DNA of 63,609 nt, filler included, from Rhabdomonas costata (GCA_019059605.1; 57 parts of 57 records of this genome joined end to end with filler, not necessarily neighbours in it); one strand, 5' to 3'; counted from the first letter of the whole stretch, positions 38,179 to 50,941 are shown. Notes: a model not told the origin generated them from the sequence alone. Program-made: numbers and translations.

Positions 38179-38316
38179 CTTCCGAAGAACATGTCGTCAT
38201 CCAGTAGAACGACATAAGGTGAGAGACTCGGGATGCGGTGAAGCTGCAGCGCAATGGCGTTGGAGTTGAAGGTGGGCAAAACCTCGGTGGGCATGAACAG
38301 CGAGTGTGGGATCAAG
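38179..38316 (-). CDS. Exon of a Stealth-family (CR2) hexose-1-phosphate transferase (GNPTAB/XcbA-like)
   Basis: LPTFNSNAIALQLHRIPSLSPYVVLLDDDMFFG matches Stealth CR2 LPTFNSxAIExxLHRIPGLSxxFxYxNDDxFF; tag| acceptor and |gttagc donor. Confidence 0.85.
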
Positions 38317-39403
38317 CTATAAAGCAGCATACGGAAAGCGGGGGGAAGAATGAAAATCACGGGGAGAAGCGAAATAAGATCACCAGCTCAAAATGCCAGG
38401 GAAGCTGGGGCACTTGCCACAACTCCACAACACCGCAACGATGCCATTCGCGAAGAGGAATATCAGAAGAGTACAACGAGCAAAAACGTTTTTCCCGTGT
38501 CCGAAATACGGCTACAGACAAGGCAAGACACAATTCTTTTCTGATCGCTTTGAGCTTATAGCTTTCGTTTCGACTTTACCTTCAGGAATGGAGTCGACAA
38601 TTATTTGGTCAGCGAAACAGGTGCAAACAAAGGATCGACTTCAAACAGCCTCGTGCTCACCGGCGAAAACTGTTTTTAACTCACACTCGACGACTAAAAA
38701 AGACGACTTAAAGGTGCAGTCTGTGTTGGTTGTGGGCTCTGGGCTAACAGACGCACCAGCTTCTGCGTGTTCGTTGCTCTGTGCGCCCCATCCCTTTTTC
38801 CTGCCGAGTTGAACGCCATTGCGGGTTCCCCACCTTGCGCGTTTTTATTCGGGCGTCGTTGGCTTTGTTAACTTTGTTGGTTGCTTGTTGGTTGATAATG
38901 CTGATATATCATTCACTGAATTGTTTTGGCGCAGTGACGCGTGCATTTCTTCTTTAAAAAAAACACAACAGCTTCACCTTAAAATTCACAGAAATTAAAC
39001 CCCACACCCCAAACTCACCTAACACANNNNNNNNNNNNNNNNNNNNNNNNNNNNNNNNNNNNNNNNNNNNTTAATTAATTAANNNNNNNNNNNNNNNNNN
39101 NNNNNNNNNNNNNNNNNNNNNNNNNNTGTGGGTTTTTTACTTATTAAGCCAGGCTTCCACAGACAGTGGAGGTCAGTAAACGGTCCGACGGCAAGGCAAA
39201 TGTCAAACAATACCAACAAAAACAAATTGGGAGGCGGCAACAGGGGCTCAGCAGAAAGGAAGCCGGACTACCACTTCGCCTTGGGAGGTGCTCCTCGGAC
39301 AGTCTTGGACGTTTCTCTCGAAACAATTTCCCCCATTTCGGAAAACTCCCCGTCAGAGGACATTGTTTTGCGATCTGATTTGCAGAAAATAACATGTGTC
39401 GAC

Positions 39404-40073
39404 CTTGTTCAGGTCCTGGCCATCGGTGTTTTCCAGGGCGTACTCGAAGACCTCAATCTTCTGCATCAGAGTGAGGTTCTCGGCATCCCCTGCCCCCATG
39501 GGATATGAAAGAAAAAAGCGGCAACCGCGAGCTCGAGCTTGGGGGGTGTTTTAGTACGAAACGGACCAATCTTGGTTAGCAGTTTCCACAGTCACATCTC
39601 CATCCAGTTGCCCAACAGCGTTGCTTTCCACACACACACACACACACACACACGCACTCACATGCAGCACTGGTTTTTCCCAGTTCCCCTTGGTCACCTG
39701 TCACTTGAAGCATCAACCGATGCTCACAGTTCAGGTGCATCTTCTTCGCCTTGCGATACTCCTGTATACAAAAACGCAACGCCAACAGAAAACCACATGC
39801 ATCCCTTCTCCACACACAACAACGTCCACAGAGCTCACCCTTTATGTTCGCGGACGGAAGCTTGCTGCAGGTTCTGGGGGCTCAAGGAAACGGAAAGACA
39901 CCCCCCAATTCGCCTCCCTCGGGAGCCACACTCCCACGTCCCTCCCTCTCCTCGTAAAACACCGCGACTAAGTTGTGAAACGTCTCGGCGTGCTCCAGCC
40001 ACCCGATCAGCCCGACGTTGTTACTGAGAGGGATCACGGGGTACTTCTCAATTCCCAAGTCCAGCCGAGCCGT
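39404..40073 (-). CDS. TOR: Three exons (40073-39963, 39761-39698, 39489-39404) of TOR kinase catalytic domain
   Basis: Spliced [15 protein letters not shown]...[25 protein letters not shown]...[22 protein letters not shown] matches TOR; both GT-AG introns keep the frame. Confidence 0.95.
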
Positions 40074-41454
40074 CTGTACTGGGGCCTGCAGTTTGGCACG
40101 GATTGTATGCCGCATCCCCCCCCCCCAACCCAAACACACCCACANNNNNNNNNNNNNNNNNNNNNNNNNNNNNNNNNNNNNNNNNNNNTTAATTAATTAA
40201 NNNNNNNNNNNNNNNNNNNNNNNNNNNNNNNNNNNNNNNNNNNNGGTGGTTGTTATGTGGTTTTTGTCTGGCTGTCTTGGAAGTTGTCATTCAGCGCTTT
40301 AGAGTCGGTTTTTTCCTTTGGTGGGAAGTTGGTTCGCTTGTTCTAAAATGAAAGTCTGTGAGTTGTCATCCGCGTCACGGCAAAGTGTCACAACTTACGA
40401 AGAGTGTGCAATAAGTCAGTCGTTTTCGGGCTTAGAAGCAAAAGCGGCGAAAAGAACTGGGTTCCAGTGCATATCGGTTGTGCTTTATTCTTCAAGCTTA
40501 GCTTCTAATGTACCTTTTTCCTTTGAGGTGAGGCACGCCATATTTCTGTGATGAGAATACATTTCTCGTTTTCGTTTTTGTGCTGCTGGCAACGTTTTCC
40601 GATGCGGTTTTTCTCGTCTGCTAAACTTTTGTTTTGTTGCTCTTGATGAATGGAGAATCATTCCGCACACTGCACCACGCGAGAGAGGTGATGCCCCAAT
40701 GTGCCGCTGCCTTGTACACTCGTAGAGCCATTTGAATCAGATGTGTTGTGTTTCAAAGGGGACTTGCGGCCCCTGTCCTCCGGACCAAAAATACGACGAC
40801 TCAGTGAACCCTGCCCGGTGCACTCCGCCCTCTTCAATGCGTATGTGCTGAGCGTACTGAGTGTACTGAGTGTAATGATTTTTTTGTCTTTTTCACTCCC
40901 GCTTTTCCAATGAACGGTAGGATATGGGAGGTTGAAGAGTCTCTCTCGCCACGACCCGAATGCTTTCCGAAATGGAGCACCCCCTCGGCCCAGTTCCTCA
41001 ACGGAATTGCCCCATCTCTCAACCCCTGAGAGGAGTCGATGTCTTACCGCTGAATGATGCCGTGGCACCAGATTCGAGTCCCTCAATCAAGCGACCCAGG
41101 GTCAGCTGTTTGGCCCAACAGAACTAGCTACCTCCACGGCAGCAAGATCTTGCTCACACACCACGGAGCCCAGAGCTTTCGATTTGGCCAACTTCACAGT
41201 TGCCCTCTGTGAACGACGAACGACAAGTGTTCTGCACCTCGGTCAACAATTCCCCACACCACNNNNNNNNNNNNNNNNNNNNNNNNNNNNNNNNNNNNNN
41301 NNNNNNTTAATTAATTAANNNNNNNNNNNNNNNNNNNNNNNNNNNNNNNNNNNNNNNNNNNNGTGGGGGTTTTACCTGGTTTCTGTGTGATTTCCGTGGT
41401 GCCGGGTTTTGTGCCGTGCGATTCATGTTCATCGTGGGGCACCTTCTCCTTCAG

Positions 41455-42354
41455 AAAGCGCCAGCGAAGGCCAAGGCGCCGGGCACAGCGGGGGAGCCGC
41501 CGAATTCTGCTGAGGTGCGTATATGTATCTCCTAAAATGACGTGCTCCTACAAGGACGTAGCGTTCGGTCAGCAGCAGCTGGGGTGATGGATTCAGGATA
41601 ATTTCCAATCAATTACAAGCCCTGTGCCGAATTGACCGATGTGTCCTTAGCTTGGCAGGTTGACTATGGTTGCAGCATTGCCCTTTCTTTTCTGTGTTCT
41701 CTTGTTACTTTCTGCGCTGTTTGGATAGCAGCAGTCATCATTAGATGTAGATTCGCACCCCCAGGCCGAACGACGGCAGCAGGCACCCTAAGAGCCGTTT
41801 GAAAATTCAGCAAACATTCTTTTCCGGACAGAGCCCACACCACCATCAGTTAAATTTCACGTTTGTTTTGCCGCTCACCCCTTTCAAGTAAAAACAAGAA
41901 TCTGTGCTTAGGATTCCTTTCCGAAAAAAGTAGGGATGATCATCTTGCGCTGACACTCAAACCGACACGCAAATGCGGCACAGCTCGGAGCACCACTGCC
42001 CTACATGGGGGTGCTGCTGCTGGAGCAGGAGAGAGTGCGGCAGGTCCACGAGAAGGTTCTGCAGCTACAACAGAAGCTGACTTTGCAGAAGAATAAGGCC
42101 GACGAGAAAGGCGTATCCACGGGCTTTGTCCAGGGCACGGATGGTGAGTGTTCGTGTCTTCTTGTTTTAACACCAGCTAGAGAAAACAGAAAGGAAATGA
42201 AAATCAGGGACGGATAGTGACGTTGTTTGCCTGAGGTAGAAAAGACTGTCTTTCATTAGGCTCTTTATTCATCGCTGTTTTTTCCTCAGGAAAGGCTGCC
42301 AAGCCCGCACCTCAGCAGCAGGCAAAGGGGTCCAAGAAGGAGCCCAAGGAGCCG
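41455..42354 (+). CDS. Three exons (41455-41514, 41984-42143, 42290-42354) of a Lys/Ala/Pro-rich coiled-coil protein
   Basis: GT-AG introns with matching phases (0, 1); KAPAKAKAP...GSKKEPKEP composition resembles flagellar-associated proteins. Confidence 0.65.
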
Positions 42355-42792
42355 GTGCGTGTCGACTGATAGATTTGGTTNNNNNNNNNNNNNNNNNNNN
42401 NNNNNNNNNNNNNNNNNNNNNNNNTTAATTAATTAANNNNNNNNNNNNNNNNNNNNNNNNNNNNNNNNNNNNNNNNNNNNGGGGGGTGGTTCGGGACTTT
42501 GCGGATCCATTAATTTAAGGGCGGAAGGAAAATCGTGGCCTGGTGGAAGCGGACGGATGAGGTGGGACGCTTTCTGGAGAAGAGGATGCAAAATTTGACT
42601 CATTAACGTTTAACGCCATTAAACGTTTAACGCCTCCCCCACCGCAAATAGCACTTCACAGGGACGTGCTCTCTCGCAAAGGCACCACCCGCGCAGAATG
42701 AAGTGAAGAGGGAGGCAGACTTCTGAACAGCATGGTGAGGGTTGGGGGGTGAGAGAGTGAGGTGGGGCACAAATGTACACACGCAGGCGAAC

Positions 42793-42915
42793 CTCGGGGT
42801 GGACGCAGACGACGTACTTCGCGTACCCCCGGAGCATTCGGGGGAGGATCACGGGCTCATAGTCCATCTCCGGGGAAAAGGGGTGGCACGGGTTGCGTAG
42901 CGGGGCCGAGGCCAT
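42793..42915 (-). CDS. Probable first exon of an RIIa (D/D) domain protein, ropporin-like
   Basis: ATG at 42915; LPRMLRGYAKYVVCVHP resembles RIIa LPxILKxFTKxxIRxQP; gag|gttcgc donor. Confidence 0.55.
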
Positions 42916-43816
42916 CGTTTTCTTTTGGGGAGCTGTGCTCTCTTTTATAGAATTATAGGAATAGGGAGTGGTGACCTCTGACAACAGCAATCGCAACAGA
43001 AGCAATATGACACAGAGAGAGACCTTTGAGGAGGTTACAAAGAAACGGGCAAAACCAGGCGGAAGCGGCTGGATACTACCTCAGCTCTTTTGGATCTCCT
43101 AAGAGACATGGCGAAGGCAAGATTCGGGCGGGAGGTGTGTGTGTGTGTGTTGGGGGAGAAGGCAAGAGTTTGATCCCTGCCATCTATCCGGCGCTTTCGC
43201 AATGCATCAGAGTAAGGACTTTTTCCCGAATGAGTGCCACTGAAAGATGGAGCCGGAAACTGCGTCCCGGTTTCCAGTGGAAGGACATTCCGATGTGAGT
43301 CAGAAGATCCCAAGACCTCCCGGACTCCACTCCTATCCGGAAATGGGAAACACAGATCTCCCGCGCCATACAAAGACGTGGAGCGTCTTGAACAACAGAG
43401 AAATGTGTTCTGCTGTGGAACCCAAGAACCCACGCAATTGTCCCTCAGAGAAGTCCGGTTGTCCCGCACATTGTAAAGTTTCGTGCACCCCAAACCCCNN
43501 NNNNNNNNNNNNNNNNNNNNNNNNNNNNNNNNNNNNNNNNNNTTAATTAATTAANNNNNNNNNNNNNNNNNNNNNNNNNNNNNNNNNNNNNNNNNNNNGG
43601 GGGTTTTGGAGGTGACTACTTTTGTTCAGATCGTTAATGCTGACGTTGCTGCTAATGCTCTGATTCCACAAGCCTGAGGTACACATTGGGCACCGGAAAG
43701 AGAGAATTCGCAGCAACGTCAGCATTAACGATCTGAACAAAAGTAGTCACCTCCAAAATTCCATTTCTAAAAGACGCCCTTGATCGAGAATGGAAGAACG
43801 ATTTACACTTCCGCAG

Positions 43817-43923
43817 ATGTTGTCATGGTGGACATCCCCAGCGACTGCGCGCGGTGGATCATGGGGAGCCGTGGGGCCGGTCTGAGATCCATTGAGCAGG
43901 AGACAGGCACCTTCCTGTTCATG
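43817..43923 (+). CDS. Exon of a KH-domain RNA-binding protein
   Basis: VDIPSDCARWIMGSRGAGLRSIEQETGT fits KH IPxxxxxxIIGxxGxxIxxIxxxTG; AG/GT bounded. Confidence 0.8.
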
Positions 43924-44779
43924 GTGTGCGTCTGCCATGCAAATGGATACACTGGTCCGTAAGCTTACACACATACACTTACGAGCCATGGTGATTGTTC
44001 GTGAATGGTAGAACGCTTCCCTTGACCCTCTGCTGCGGATCGCAATCTTTGCTTTCAGGTTCGTTGTTTCTGTTGCTTCTGCACGTTCATCTGGTTTCTT
44101 TTGAGCGAAGTCGAGATAATTTCGCCACCTAAAACGTGACAGGTGGAGAGAAGTGTCACCAAAAAGTCGGGCAGGAGATCTCGTGATAAAAATGGTCTCA
44201 CGTTGTGAATCTTGTCAACACGATGGCTTGGTTTAGGTTACTTTTCTGCGTTGTACCCCCATTCTCGAGTTGTGCGTGGTGGCCGTACTCTGTAAGCTTT
44301 TTTTTTGCCTTCACCATTTGACTTTGGCTGCTCTGCTCGGAATTCCCTTTCGTTCGTTCCTCGCGGTGGGTTTTGTATTCTTTCGTAATGTCTTATCTGT
44401 GTTGTTGGTTGGCGCTGGTTGCGATGGACCGATCCCGTCATCAAATGCGCCTTTACTGTCCGTATTCGGTGGATTGAATTCCACATCAAGCCTCTGGCTT
44501 GCGCTGAAGGACTGAGCTCTGAGGTGACCGAAGTGCAGGTGAAGTGCGACTAAAGTTTAGCTGCTCTAGTCCCTCTTCGGCTGGATCAGTACACAACATC
44601 GGCAGCCACCAACAATNNNNNNNNNNNNNNNNNNNNNNNNNNNNNNNNNNNNNNNNNNNNTTAATTAATTAANNNNNNNNNNNNNNNNNNNNNNNNNNNN
44701 NNNNNNNNNNNNNNNNGGTGGTTGGGGCTCGGGCTACTCTGCTGCCGAAGGGGCAGGAGAGGGCCCTGCTCCTGTCTCC

Positions 44780-45175
44780 GTGCCCTACCGGGGAAACACC
44801 TGGGGTCGCGGCCGTGGCGGTCGGGGACGCGGGCATCTCACGTGGACACCCGCTCCGGGCCCTTCTTCCTCCTCTACGACTTCTTCTTCCACCACCTCTT
44901 CTGCCTCAGCTCCCTCCCAAGAGGAGCGGCAGAGCTGGCCTGGGCTGCAGGGCTCCACGGACAGCGCGGGTACCCCGTCCAGCAACCCCGGGGGGTCCTC
45001 GAAACGGAAGGAAAAGCCGCAGCAACAGCACCACGGGGATGGCGCCGCGGGAGGGGAGGGTCCCGGGGCGGAGGGTGCCGCGGCGGATGGAGCTTCCCCT
45101 ACCAAAGTGGGAGCCTCTGCCGAGGCCAAGCCGAAGGGAAAGAAGAAATGGAGGCCCCTGAGCGAGGTGCTGTGA
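44780..45175 (+). CDS. Terminal exon, low-complexity RGG/Ser-rich protein
   Basis: WGRGRGGRGRG...KKKWRPLSEVL-stop; GC-rich; 5' boundary unknown. Confidence 0.5.
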   Translation: MPYRGNTWGRGRGGRGRGHLTWTPAPGPSSSSTTSSSTTSSASAPSQEERQSWPGLQGSTDSAGTPSSNPGGSSKRKEKPQQQHHGDGAAGGEGPGAEGAAADGASPTKVGASAEAKPKGKKKWRPLSEVL

Positions 45176-45836
45176 TGGGGAGGAGGGCTGCACTACTGAT
45201 CACCACAGCCACATCACCACGCACCTACACACGCTCACTCACCATACAATCTCCTCTCCATACAACAGCCCTTTCTGGGGGGTGTATGGGACACCTCCTG
45301 TTCACACCCTTGGCTCCTGCTCAAGATATTCCAGTGCTACTTTTTTGCTGATTCACGCTCACACATCTTTCCCTGGAATTGACGGGTTGCTTCCCTTCAC
45401 CTCTCTGCCTTTCCTCGTTCAGAGAGAGAGTGCGATGTCATGAGAGCGAGCGATTTACATTAGGACCACTTTCCAACGGTTCTGTCTCTCTCTTTATGCT
45501 CTCTGCTGCAGTTCTCTGGAGCTCATACGTCTGGGATGCCCTTCCTTCCAACGTCACCACGTCTAGTACATGCAATGGATCGAAGCAGTTAACTTCTCAG
45601 TAGTTTTGGGCAAGCCCCATTTATGACTGTGTAGGGTGGACTAACTCCACGCATTTGTATGTTCCACTGCCATTGTTCCCACTCTATCCAGAAGTAGGCA
45701 CTGCCATAACCAGAGTCACCACAGACACACAACCNNNNNNNNNNNNNNNNNNNNNNNNNNNNNNNNNNNNNNNNNNNNTTAATTAATTAANNNNNNNNNN
45801 NNNNNNNNNNNNNNNNNNNNNNNNNNNNNNNNNNCG

Positions 45837-46852
45837 GAAGTCATTGGGGGCCTCCCTCTTGGAGCTTATGCTATTCGGGATCCACGGCTGGACATGCTCG
45901 CTCGGAGGCTGCGGTGGCTCCAAGTACTGGGGAACCACTCCGGGATGCTGGGTACCCTGCACCGCCGCCTGGCGTCCTCGGATGGTGCAACTTGGGTGGA
46001 GCCTACTCCTGCTCTTGCAGCTGCGCTCTCTTCTTTTCGGTGGCGAGTTCACTGCAATCGTCAGTCGCTTGCAGCTTCCTCCTGGCCTCGGTTGGATCCT
46101 GAGCCCTCCTACAGGGGCGACCTTCGGTACACGCCGGTGTCTGACCCCGTACCTCGGGGCGCTGTTTGGACCGATGGCTCTGTGAGCGTCCGTGGTGGCG
46201 CTGCTGCTCTTCAGTGGCATTCCTCGGCCTCTTTCCAGGCCCACGTGTCAGCACCGCGTAGTTCTACCCATTGCGAGCTCGTGGCACTTACTCTGGTTGC
46301 GGGCTTCCAGCCGCCGCCGTCTCTGGTGCTCACAGACTCGCTATGTGCCCTGCAGCTTCTGGGGTCATGGGGTCGACGCCCTCCCAGTGAGGTTTTCTCT
46401 TGCCCTGAACGGGCGGTGGTAAGGGAGTTCCTTCACCAGTGGACGCATCGTCGTGATGCCCCCATCCTTGAGAAGGTCAAGGCACATGACGACGCGGCGG
46501 CGGCCAAGGGTGTGGTCAAAGCCCTGGGCAATGCGGCCGTGGACCTCCTGGCCAAGCAGGCCGCGATCTCTGCGGGAATGCTCCATGTAACCGATCCTCG
46601 CTTTGAGGATGCGGTCCAGCTTCGGGATGAGTCGGGGATCTGCATCTCAGATCTTTCGGCGGTTGTCACCACCGCTTGGTGGGCCGCTCGCCTTCAGGAG
46701 GGCCGTGCGCGTAGATCTTGGCTCGCCCAGCTCTACCCCTCTGGGATGGCCTTTGACTGGGCTTCATCTACTGTGATCTTCCGGCGTCCACAGGTGGCGG
46801 ACCACTCTTTTGTGTTCCCTGCGGGCCCGCCGGTTATCAAGTGGGTCGCCCG
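45837..46852 (+). mobile_element. Non-LTR retrotransposon ORF fragment with an RNase H domain
   Basis: Intron-less frame open across the whole contig; WTDGS...STHCELVAL...LTDSL...KVKAH...GNAAVDLLAK carries the RNase HI D-E-D-D residues. Confidence 0.85.
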
Positions 46853-46952
46853 NNNNNNNNNNNNNNNNNNNNNNNNNNNNNNNNNNNNNNNNNNNNTTAA
46901 TTAATTAANNNNNNNNNNNNNNNNNNNNNNNNNNNNNNNNNNNNNNNNNNNN

Positions 46953-47491
46953 GGGGGTGGGGTGGCCCGGAGGATCTCCACGGCCCAGCCCTCAATGAGG
47001 TCGTGGGCGACCACGTCGCAAACTGCTCCAAACGCCACCAAAAAGACCATAGGCCACACCGCGTGGGCAATGTTTCCCTTTGGCCCATCGCCAATCACAC
47101 AGAGGGTGGCGTTCCGGGTCGCTCGGCTTGAGTTCGTGATCGCAAGCCGCGAGTGGAAGGATGCGGCCATGGAGTGCAGACACCGCACAAACGCAGTCGA
47201 GCACTGCGGGCCGTGCAACTCTGCGCGGCACCGCAGCAGCACCCGGACGGGCACCCCGCCCATCCGGGAGTCCGTGAACAGCACGGCCTGCCTCCTTTGT
47301 GAGTGAGCAGCGCAGAGGTCCACGCAGCACGAGGTGGTGCCCAGATCCACTCGAAGTGCCGGCGCAGGGATCCACTCCGAGGTGACATTCACGAGCTCGG
47401 GATTCCACGTATGAGAAGCTACGGCAAGGCAGTCGATAAAATACAAGAGAAGAACAAATGCCAGCAGCTCAGAACAGGGCGGTAATCTCAT
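46953..47491 (-). CDS. 5' part of a secreted/membrane protein, possibly glycosyltransferase (GT61-like)
   Basis: ATG at 47491 followed by hydrophobic LLAFVLLLYFIDCLAVA; Cys-rich; GNIAHAVW resembles NxxH; the family guess is weak. Confidence 0.5.
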
Positions 47492-48476
47492 TCTGAAAAG
47501 GCGAAAAAAAAAAAAAGAAGATCGTCTTTCCCGTGACCCCTCCTCCACAAAGGCATGATTACGCAGCGAAGACCCGAAATTTGTGGGGAGAGATCACCGG
47601 TTGTACGGGCCAAGAAAATCAAATAACGCACTCGTTGGCTGGTTCACTAAAGCCGCAGTGACCCAAAGCGGAATACATGCGCTTCTTCAGCAGCCACATT
47701 CGGTTTCAAGCCTCGACGGCTTGGATTAATTGCTCAACACCCTATTGGCTGACACATCTCACATTGTCAGACGTTAACAGAGACTAACTAATTTCATCAA
47801 TTCGAGCAAATAAACGGCTGCAAACTCAGCACTGCGAGGATAAGAGAAAGCAATGAAAAGCTGAAAACATGGTACGCTGCCAGCACCGCTTGAGAGTAGA
47901 CGCAGCCAACTCCCACCCTGCGACAAGCGGCGATTAGAAGATCATTCGCGGACGTCAACCCCCCCCNNNNNNNNNNNNNNNNNNNNNNNNNNNNNNNNNN
48001 NNNNNNNNNNTTAATTAATTAANNNNNNNNNNNNNNNNNNNNNNNNNNNNNNNNNNNNNNNNNNNNACAGACTGAGGTGTTTGATTCTCGCAAGGTCACT
48101 CACCGGACAGGGAAGCTTCCGTTGGAAGAAAAGCCAGATTTACTTGGGTTAGGTTGGTAATTGCAACCGCGATGCATGGATTCTAATCGATTCGCCGAGG
48201 AAGGATTTTGGCATGTGTGCTCGTTGGATGCGTGATGGTTTGTCTGTAGTTTGTTACCTTCACAATAAAGAGGGAAACTATACGGCGGGGTTTGATGTTT
48301 GTTTGTGAGGTCTGAAATTAGGGTAACGGGAGAACGGGGGCAGCGTGTGGTTTTTCTCGGACGAAAGAGGGTATCGGAATTTGCAAGAAAGTCTCTGAAA
48401 AGCCGGCCGCTACAGAATTATTCATTTTGGCGAACCTTCAGTTGATCATCCGATTTATGTCAAGTGGATACTCTCA

Positions 48477-49013
48477 ATGAGCTCCGGGTGCGCGCGCACA
48501 CCGGACGACGACTCCGAGAAGAAGCGTCGCTCCACTGCTGCCGCGCTGTTCTGCACTCGGCTGCGGACCTCCCGGCGAACCTCACTCCGCGCCTGCCTTC
48601 TCATTGTTGCAATGGGTCTCTCATTATCGCTGTGGGCCTTCAGTCTGTGGGGCGGCTTCCTCGGCCCCGCATTCGCTTCCTTTCCGGAGACAACACCCCG
48701 GAATAGTACACGGCTTGATGTCCAGCAGCGGGTGCGGCGCCAAGCCCTGTGGCTTACAAACCTGTCCCGGAGTTGGACGTCTTTCCCGAGCAGGTCCGGT
48801 TCTGGCTTGGACGATTCTGGTGGTGGGATGCAGGAGCTGCACACCATATTGAAGGTAAGCACAGAGCTTCAACACCGCGCAGAAGCCTTGGAGAGCAAAG
48901 TGGGGGAGCTGCTGGCGCGTGTCCCGCATTCACAGACCTCGGCGGAGGCCCAGAGGCGGGAGAATGAAGAGCTGGGTAGCTGGAAGGCTGGGGTGGAGCA
49001 GAGCCTAGCAAAG
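48477..49013 (+). CDS. First exon of a type II membrane protein with a coiled-coil stem
   Basis: Basic N-tail, single TM CLLIVAMGLSLSLWAFSLW, heptad region; aag|gtgcag donor. Confidence 0.55.
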
Positions 49014-49813
49014 GTGCAGCGCGCGCGCACACACACACACACACATTTTCTCTAGCGCGCGTTTTCCCCTCCACCCAACCAACANNNNNNNNNNNNNNNN
49101 NNNNNNNNNNNNNNNNNNNNNNNNNNNNTTAATTAATTAANNNNNNNNNNNNNNNNNNNNNNNNNNNNNNNNNNNNNNNNNNNNGTTTGTGTGGAGAAGG
49201 CCCTTACAGAACCTACAACTGATTACACGGCGGGAAGCAGTTGTAGGTTCTGTAAGGGCCTTCTTCATACAAACCAAAATAAGGAAGCGTCCAGCCAGTG
49301 CAACGTTCACACATATCCTGGGATCACAACCCGGGGTTATACATATAGCGACCGGTAAAGAAATGACTCAGTACGGGAAGAAAAAGGACTGACAGTACAC
49401 CACGGCAGAGGCGCAGCAGGTGCTTCTTTTGAGCCACACACGGGAGAGCATGAGACACTGCGTGTTTTCGTTATCGACTGGAATCTGAAGGCTCCGTTCA
49501 GGACACTGGGCTGGTCGCTCATGCTGTCGCCTCTGCGATAGTGTCAGTGTGAAGGTGTTTGTGTGCCAGATGCGGAGCGAAGCCTTGGGTCCCGTGATCA
49601 ATTCTCATCTTCCGAGCTAGCAGCCTGTGCCTCAAAGTTGTTGGCTAGTGCAGAACTGTTGTTTTTTCGCGAGAGTGTCGGCACGCATCCGCAGCCCACG
49701 TGCGATGATCGATGAGCGCTGCGGGCTCGGTTTGAGCCCCTACCTACAGGCCTACCCACAGACCCACATGCTCAGAAACAGAGCTGAGAGAGAGATAGAG
49801 AGAAGGGGAAGAC

Positions 49814-49989
49814 CTCTCCTCCAGGCGGTCGAAAACGGCGCGGTAAGCCCGCCGGGCAGCGGAGCGGGGCCGCGGCGCCCCGGAGGCGGTGGGCAGCACA
49901 AGGGTGCTGTCACAGAGCTTGTCGGGGAAGTGGCAGTAAAACAGGCTGGGCCGCCCCCACAACCACAGCAGGACCAGCGGGGACGCCAC
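49814..49989 (-). CDS. ALG2: Exon of ALG2 alpha-1,3/1,6-mannosyltransferase
   Basis: LFYCHFPDKL...RRAYRAVFDRLEE matches ALG2 LFYCHFPDxLL...KRLYRxPxDxLEE; gacag| acceptor. Confidence 0.85.
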
Positions 49990-50543
49990 CTGTCACCACA
50001 CCATCTCCCTCCCTTCCTCCCGCACTCTGGACCCTTTGCAAACACCAACACACACAATGTCAGTGTCACAACGGACAACTGACAGAAGATCCTTTTCTGC
50101 CGTGGCAAGGGGTCCAGAAAAAAAGCCTGAAAAAAGGGCATAAATGGTCCGTGCCACTTTGCTAGCCGCCCCCTACTAAGTCCTTAACTGCCCCCCCCCC
50201 TCNNNNNNNNNNNNNNNNNNNNNNNNNNNNNNNNNNNNNNNNNNNNTTAATTAATTAANNNNNNNNNNNNNNNNNNNNNNNNNNNNNNNNNNNNNNNNNN
50301 NNGGGTGGGGGGAAAAAAGAAAAATCTGCGCCCGTGTATGCGTCCACGTGAGCGCAAAAATCAAACCATTGCTTTTAAAGACATTGTCAGTTTACCGCAT
50401 TAACCAACCTTTCAGATATTTTCACGGGTTTCTGGGAGTGAGGAAGGTACTCGCGTTACAAACGTGTAGGGTATTGGAAAGCGTTTAAAAATGCAAGGGT
50501 TCCGCATTCATCCCATCTACCAATGTCAAAAAAACGTCCACAC

Positions 50544-50941
50544 CTCCATGTCAGCTCGTCGCTCGCCCCGGCCGCAAGGAAGATGTTGACAATCCCGGTC
50601 GCCAGGAGTTGTCCAACCCCCTGCATAGAAAACACCGCCGCCATAGCCTTGCCTCGGGCCTGAGGGGTGCTGTTCTCCGCCGCAACGCTCGCCGCCAAGG
50701 GGTACTCCCCGCCAACCCCGAAGCCTAAGATGAACCTCCAGAACGCCAGCTGCTGGTACACGCTGAAGCTCTCCGTGGGGAAACTCAGGCACGACCCCGC
50801 CGCACCCACGATGATCAGAATCATCGTCGACACGAAGATGCCGCGGCGGCCGATGTAGTCGGCCAGGGTGCCGAAGAAGAGCTGCCCTCCCACGGCGCCC
50901 CACAGCGCTGTGGAGGACACCATCGACTTGTCGCTGGTTGT
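50544..50941 (-). CDS. PHO84: Exon of an MFS inorganic phosphate:H+ symporter (PHO84/PHT1 family)
   Basis: GQLFFGTLADYIGRR, WRFILGFGVGGEYPLAASVAAE, RGKAMAAVFSMQGVG; AG/GT bounded. Confidence 0.9.

Noticed and set aside
41060-41100. GATTCGAGTCCC T-loop-like motif suggesting a tRNA
   Set aside because: No cloverleaf or A-box could be built around it.
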